Origin: an uncultured bacterium
GTDB taxonomy: Bacteria; Babelota; Babeliae; Babelales; Babelaceae
Assembly (NCBI GenBank): GCA_963819815.1
Contig: CAWFXL010000001.1
Span: 256,001-320,000 of the forward strand
Direction of reading: 5' to 3'
DNA: 64,000 bases
The first letter of the stretch is position 1; each line of letters begins with the position of its first letter. A program made the translations under genes and the position numbers. The notes below the pieces were generated by a model. That model worked only from the letters and a program-made list of their open reading frames with translations, was not told the DNA's origin and made no database searches. Positions 59,753 through 64,000 of this stretch are shown in pieces.

Positions 59753-60247
59753 TTATTTTTTGCGGGCATAGGTACCCATAATCTGGGCCGTTGCAAGTAT
59801 ATGGCCTTTCATTGCTGACTCAAGCTGTTCTTTAGTGCTGCCTGCAGGTAGAGATAGCAGAGTATCAAGAGCATACAGCTTAAAATAATAGCGATGAGTT
59901 TGCCCTTCAGGAGGGTACGGACCTCCATAGCCCTGTTTACCATAAGAATTTATGCCCTGCACACTACCCTTGGCATCAGAAGGAAGACTGGTCTCAGTTG
60001 TTGGAATATTGAAGATTACCCAATGTACCCAAGGCTGCGCCGTTGGTGCATCGGGATCATCGCAAATCAGAGCGAAGGACTTTGTTTTTTCAGGAGTACC
60101 ATTCCACGAAAGCCGGGGTACTATGTTGCCAGACTTCCAGCCACTTTCAAGCGGTAAAGGTTGTCCATCGCTAAATGAGGCGGTGAGTTTTAACGAGTGT
60201 GCCTGAGTTGATACTGTCATAAGCAAAAGTCCATAAAGTAGTTTCAT
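59753..60247 (-). CDS. YbhB/YbcL (PEBP/Raf kinase inhibitor-like) protein
   Basis: DDPDAP, WVHWVIFNIP, YGGP.PP...HRYYFKLYALD. Confidence 0.93.
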   Translation of the reverse strand: MKLLYGLLLMTVSTQAHSLKLTASFSDGQPLPLESGWKSGNIVPRLSWNGTPEKTKSFALICDDPDAPTAQPWVHWVIFNIPTTETSLPSDAKGSVQGINSYGKQGYGGPYPPEGQTHRYYFKLYALDTLLSLPAGSTKEQLESAMKGHILATAQIMGTYARKK

Positions 60248-60424
60248 AGTTCGATCCTTTTTTTTAAGTATCTCTAAATCAGTACCAATAATCAATAGTT
60301 CCAGAGAATCCTCCTCATTGAGAATAAGCGGGTACGTGAAGAAATGTTGATTTCTTTAGGGAGAATTCCGTATACTACACATCATTATGAACGTCAAAGA
60401 AGAAACATGTAAGAGGGCGAGTTT

Positions 60425-63283
60425 ATGAAAAGGATACTCTATCTGTGCGTAGTAAGTATTACTGCACACTGTTATGCAGAAAGAGCTGTACCAAAAGAGC
60501 GAGAAACATTGCTGAGCTTACTTGAAGAAATTCCACCAGCGCCTATTCCAAAGACACTGCAACCAGAAATAAGTGCGCCCGCCATTACCCAAGAAAAAAT
60601 TGAAAAACAGCCCAAGCAACCCGAGTTATCAGAACTACCAAAGCAAGTCATTTCTCCTGTTTCTCCTGAAACAAGTACTCGACGAGAAGTACCTCAAGAA
60701 CTCACACCTCTCGTATCCCCACCGGTGACTGACATAGCGCCTAACGTGATGCCTTACGAAGGATCTTCCGCTGCGAGTACAGCACTAGTTAGCGTGGCAG
60801 AGGATGCAATAAAAGTAGCCATACAGCCAGAAGTTGTTAAGATTCAAACTTTCGCTGCATTTGACAAGCCTCTTGAAGTTACGGAATCGCGTGTTAAGAA
60901 TGCATTAGAGCAAACTCCTCTGACATCTGGAGAACCTTTAGCGCTACTACAGGAACCTGCTTCCACACATCAACTTCAGTCCATTGCCCCAATTGAGGCA
61001 GGAGTTGCTCCACACGAAATTCCTCAGATAGCAATGCAGGTAGCACCTCAAGAAGTATCTAAGGTAGAAAAGGCAGAAAGTGCAGTACCAGTACGTGCCG
61101 AAAAGCTCGTACCTGAGGTACCTACAGCAACTGAAACTGCTACCATTCAAGCAGCGGTTGGTGAACCTCTTGGAGCTAACATGTTGGTGCCTCAATATCA
61201 ACACGTTTCCCCACCATCTCAAGAACCATTAGCAACACCTACTTTGGAAAAAGAAGAGTTAGCAAAAGTCCCTCTTATGAACGCTGTAGAAAGGGGCTCT
61301 CTAGAACGAGTAAAAGAACTTCTTGAAACAGGAGCTGAAGTGAATCTTACCGATGCTGAGGGTAGGACGGCACTTATGAGCGCTACAGAAAGGGGCAATC
61401 TTGAGATTGCTCGTCTCTTACTGAAGGCCGGTGCACAGGTGGGGTTGCAAGATACAGAAGGAACTTCTGCCTTGGTCATTGCGACAGTGATAGGCAATAA
61501 AACGCTCTTTGATCTGTTGTTGGCATTCGGTGCTGATGTACATCAAAAAGATACTGGGGGTGTCTCAGTTCTTATGAAGGCAGTTGAGCAAGGGTCATTA
61601 GATGGTATAGAGTGGCTTGTGAAAGCTGGTGCTCAAGTTAATGCAGCTGACGAACAAGGAAAAACTGCACTTATCATAGCATTAGAAGTAGGTGACCATG
61701 AAGCTTCTGAAGCTTTGCTCAAAGCGGGTGCTTTGCTGAACCAAGCAGATATGTATGGTACAACACCTCTTATGATAGCCGTTGAAAACAATGATGCCGA
61801 CATGGTAAAGCTCTTACTTAAATCTGGTGCACAGATTGGGTTACAAGATGCGCTTGAGAGATCAGCGCTTACCCAAGCGGTACTGCGCCATAATAAAGCT
61901 ATGATTGACCTACTTATGCAAGCAGGAGCTGATATAAATCAACAGGATACTCAGGGAAATACACCCCTCATGCATGCCATTATAAGTGGCGCTAAAGAGG
62001 GCGCTGAGCTTCTCATTGCTGCAAAAGCTCACTTGAACAAAGCAAACCATCAAGGAGAAACGCCTCTCATCCGTGCAGTGAAACAGGGGCAGCCTGAACT
62101 TGTACAGGTACTCTTACGCGCTGGTGCTGACATGGCAGTACTTGATACTACCAACAGGACAGCCCTTGACTATGCAGTATTACAGGCACATCGCCCTATA
62201 TTTGATCTGCTTATTCAAGCGGGAGCACCGCTTCATCAAAAAGATGCTCATGGAGAAACCATTCTTATGCGCACTGCTGAAGCTGGTTTAAAGGAGGGGG
62301 TTGAACTTCTTTTACAAGCAGGTGCTCGAATACATGAAGTGGATACCGAAGGCAGAACGGTGCTTATGAAGGCTCTCAGTAATGGCTCCCAAGAGCTTAT
62401 TAAAATGCTTATTGCCGGAGGCTGCTTAGTAAATCAGACGGACAATGAAGGCAAAACGGCGCTTATAATTGCTACCCAAGAGGGTAATGTTGAGACAGTT
62501 CGCCTTCTCATTAAAGAGGGTGCTTTGATTGGCCACCAAGATCATCGGGGACGATCAGCTTTAACCTATGCAGCTTTACAAAATCATCCTGCTATCTTTG
62601 ATGTTCTTATACAAGCACGAGCTGATGTGAATCAAAAAGATGCCACTGGAAAATCAGTACTCATGCATGTCATACAAGAAGGATCTAAAGAGGGGCTAGA
62701 GCTTCTCATTAAAGCTAAGGCAGACGTCAATCAAAAAGATGCACATGGCACAACGGCACTCATGCTCGCTGCTGAAAAATTCCCCGAAGCTGTTTCCTTG
62801 CTTATTAAAGCTGGTGCAGACGTACGCGCACAAGATAACTTAGGATATTCAGCGCTTACTCATGCTGTACTCAAGCGTAACAAAGAGGCCTTTGATCTTC
62901 TTATACAGGGAGGAGCTGACGTACATCAAACAGATACCCATGGTAAAACTGCCCTTATGAGAGCAGTTGAAAAAGGTACGAAAGAGGGTATTGAAATGCT
63001 TCTTGCTGCCGGAGCACAGGTTGACCAAGCGGATACGTATGGAAGAACAGCTCTTACTCTAGCCAAAGAACGGGGCGCTCTAGAGCTTGCAAGCATTCTC
63101 CAAAAAGCTGCTCCAAAAAACGACTTGCAAGAAAGTACACCAAAGGTTGAAGACCTTCCTGTTCGTGATGAGACATCACGCTTTAATGATAAGTTTTCTT
63201 TAGAGCTTGAGAGCAATGAGGGCCCCATTCAGTTGGCGGCCTTAAGCGATGTTCTAGAAACTTTTCCAACTCGTTATATTTGA
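60425..63283 (+). CDS. Large exported ankyrin-repeat protein (~19 repeats) with P/E-rich N-terminus
   Basis: Signal peptide; repeated D..G.TALM.A...G....V.LLL.AGA.V. Confidence 0.93.
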   Translation: MKRILYLCVVSITAHCYAERAVPKERETLLSLLEEIPPAPIPKTLQPEISAPAITQEKIEKQPKQPELSELPKQVISPVSPETSTRREVPQELTPLVSPPVTDIAPNVMPYEGSSAASTALVSVAEDAIKVAIQPEVVKIQTFAAFDKPLEVTESRVKNALEQTPLTSGEPLALLQEPASTHQLQSIAPIEAGVAPHEIPQIAMQVAPQEVSKVEKAESAVPVRAEKLVPEVPTATETATIQAAVGEPLGANMLVPQYQHVSPPSQEPLATPTLEKEELAKVPLMNAVERGSLERVKELLETGAEVNLTDAEGRTALMSATERGNLEIARLLLKAGAQVGLQDTEGTSALVIATVIGNKTLFDLLLAFGADVHQKDTGGVSVLMKAVEQGSLDGIEWLVKAGAQVNAADEQGKTALIIALEVGDHEASEALLKAGALLNQADMYGTTPLMIAVENNDADMVKLLLKSGAQIGLQDALERSALTQAVLRHNKAMIDLLMQAGADINQQDTQGNTPLMHAIISGAKEGAELLIAAKAHLNKANHQGETPLIRAVKQGQPELVQVLLRAGADMAVLDTTNRTALDYAVLQAHRPIFDLLIQAGAPLHQKDAHGETILMRTAEAGLKEGVELLLQAGARIHEVDTEGRTVLMKALSNGSQELIKMLIAGGCLVNQTDNEGKTALIIATQEGNVETVRLLIKEGALIGHQDHRGRSALTYAALQNHPAIFDVLIQARADVNQKDATGKSVLMHVIQEGSKEGLELLIKAKADVNQKDAHGTTALMLAAEKFPEAVSLLIKAGADVRAQDNLGYSALTHAVLKRNKEAFDLLIQGGADVHQTDTHGKTALMRAVEKGTKEGIEMLLAAGAQVDQADTYGRTALTLAKERGALELASILQKAAPKNDLQESTPKVEDLPVRDETSRFNDKFSLELESNEGPIQLAALSDVLETFPTRYI

Positions 63284-63416
63284 GAGTGGTCGTGACTAGG
63301 GGAAAACAAGAGCCTCGTTATGCCTAGTTAAAAAAATTGAAAAAAATACCATTATTGCTATGCTGTGATCAACATCAATGGCTGTTCACTTACTACTATT
63401 CATTAGGAAAGAATCT

Positions 63417-64000
63417 ATGAAAATGTTCTATCATAAGGTCCTCGCGTTTACGCTGAGTTGCTCAGTTTTTTCCCTATGCGCTTCTGAAAGTCTTTATAAA
63501 GAAGTTCTGAGTGCTACACCCATACGAGAAAGCATTCCCGCTCATGATATAGTTCTCTCAAAAAAGCTTACGAATTTAATAGTGCGTCAGCAGTTCTTCA
63601 AAGAATACAGGGTAATGAGTATGTTAATTCTGTCTCATTTAATAAAGACGGTTCGCTGATTTTCATTGGATCAGGTAACACAATCAGAACATTGTTTGCG
63701 GATGATGGGGCCCTCATAACTGAAATTCAAAACGGTAGCGGTGTTGAAACAGTTTCATTGAGCCAGGATGAATTCCACATTCTTGTAGGTTCGTGCGATT
63801 CAAAAGCAAGGCTTTGGAATGCTTTCGACGGTACCTTAAAGTTGGAGTTTCCTCATGAAAAAGGTCATGTGTTTGCTACCTTTAGCCCCGATGGTGAACG
63901 GGTTCTTACAGGATCACATGATGGTACCGTTAAGATGTGGAATGCAAACACCGGTAAACTCATTTGGTTGTATCGTGATACTAAAACTGTTCCACAAATT
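63417..64000 (+). CDS. Exported WD40-repeat protein (frameshift near 63610; runs off window end)
   Basis: Signal peptide, then in shifted frame SFNKDGS, VGSCDSKARLWN, FSPDGERVLTGSHDGTVKMWNANTG. Confidence 0.8.

Noticed and set aside
1149..63228. Numerous short antisense or overlapping ORFs in the ORF track
   Set aside because: Shadows of well-supported genes or of low-complexity sequence, with no motifs or RBS support

Overview
Bacterial chromosomal window. Housekeeping genes (murD, ileS, nrdAB, rplI-dnaB-ruvC, dnaN-recF) are interleaved with many signal-peptide proteins carrying eukaryote-like or repeat domains (ankyrin, ankyrin+MYND, WD40, TPR-like, J-domain, PI4K-like kinase, ADP-ribosylglycohydrolase) and five AAA_14/DUF4143 ATPase loci. 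This gene mix suggests an intracellular protist parasite such as Candidatus Dependentiae/Babeliae (inference, not verified). Most notable: (1) an 8-gene tandem array of small exported low-complexity proteins with PPLPPKR (SH3-ligand-like) motifs, shuffled modules and a conserved intergenic element; (2) a ~96-nt candidate sRNA downstream of recF with its own promoter and terminator and an exposed anti-Shine-Dalgarno/anti-AUG tract; (3) locus-specific repeats phased at 33-34 bp upstream of three AAA_14/DUF4143 loci, plus a fourth orphan pair; (4) a Chlamydia-type class Ic (Mn/Fe) ribonucleotide reductase R2. Several single-base frameshifts, including in nrdA/nrdB, look like sequencing errors, and the apparent nrdA-nrdB fusion is probably an artefact. 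I recognised no rRNA, tRNA or CRISPR array. All calls are by-eye motif recognition; no searches were run.
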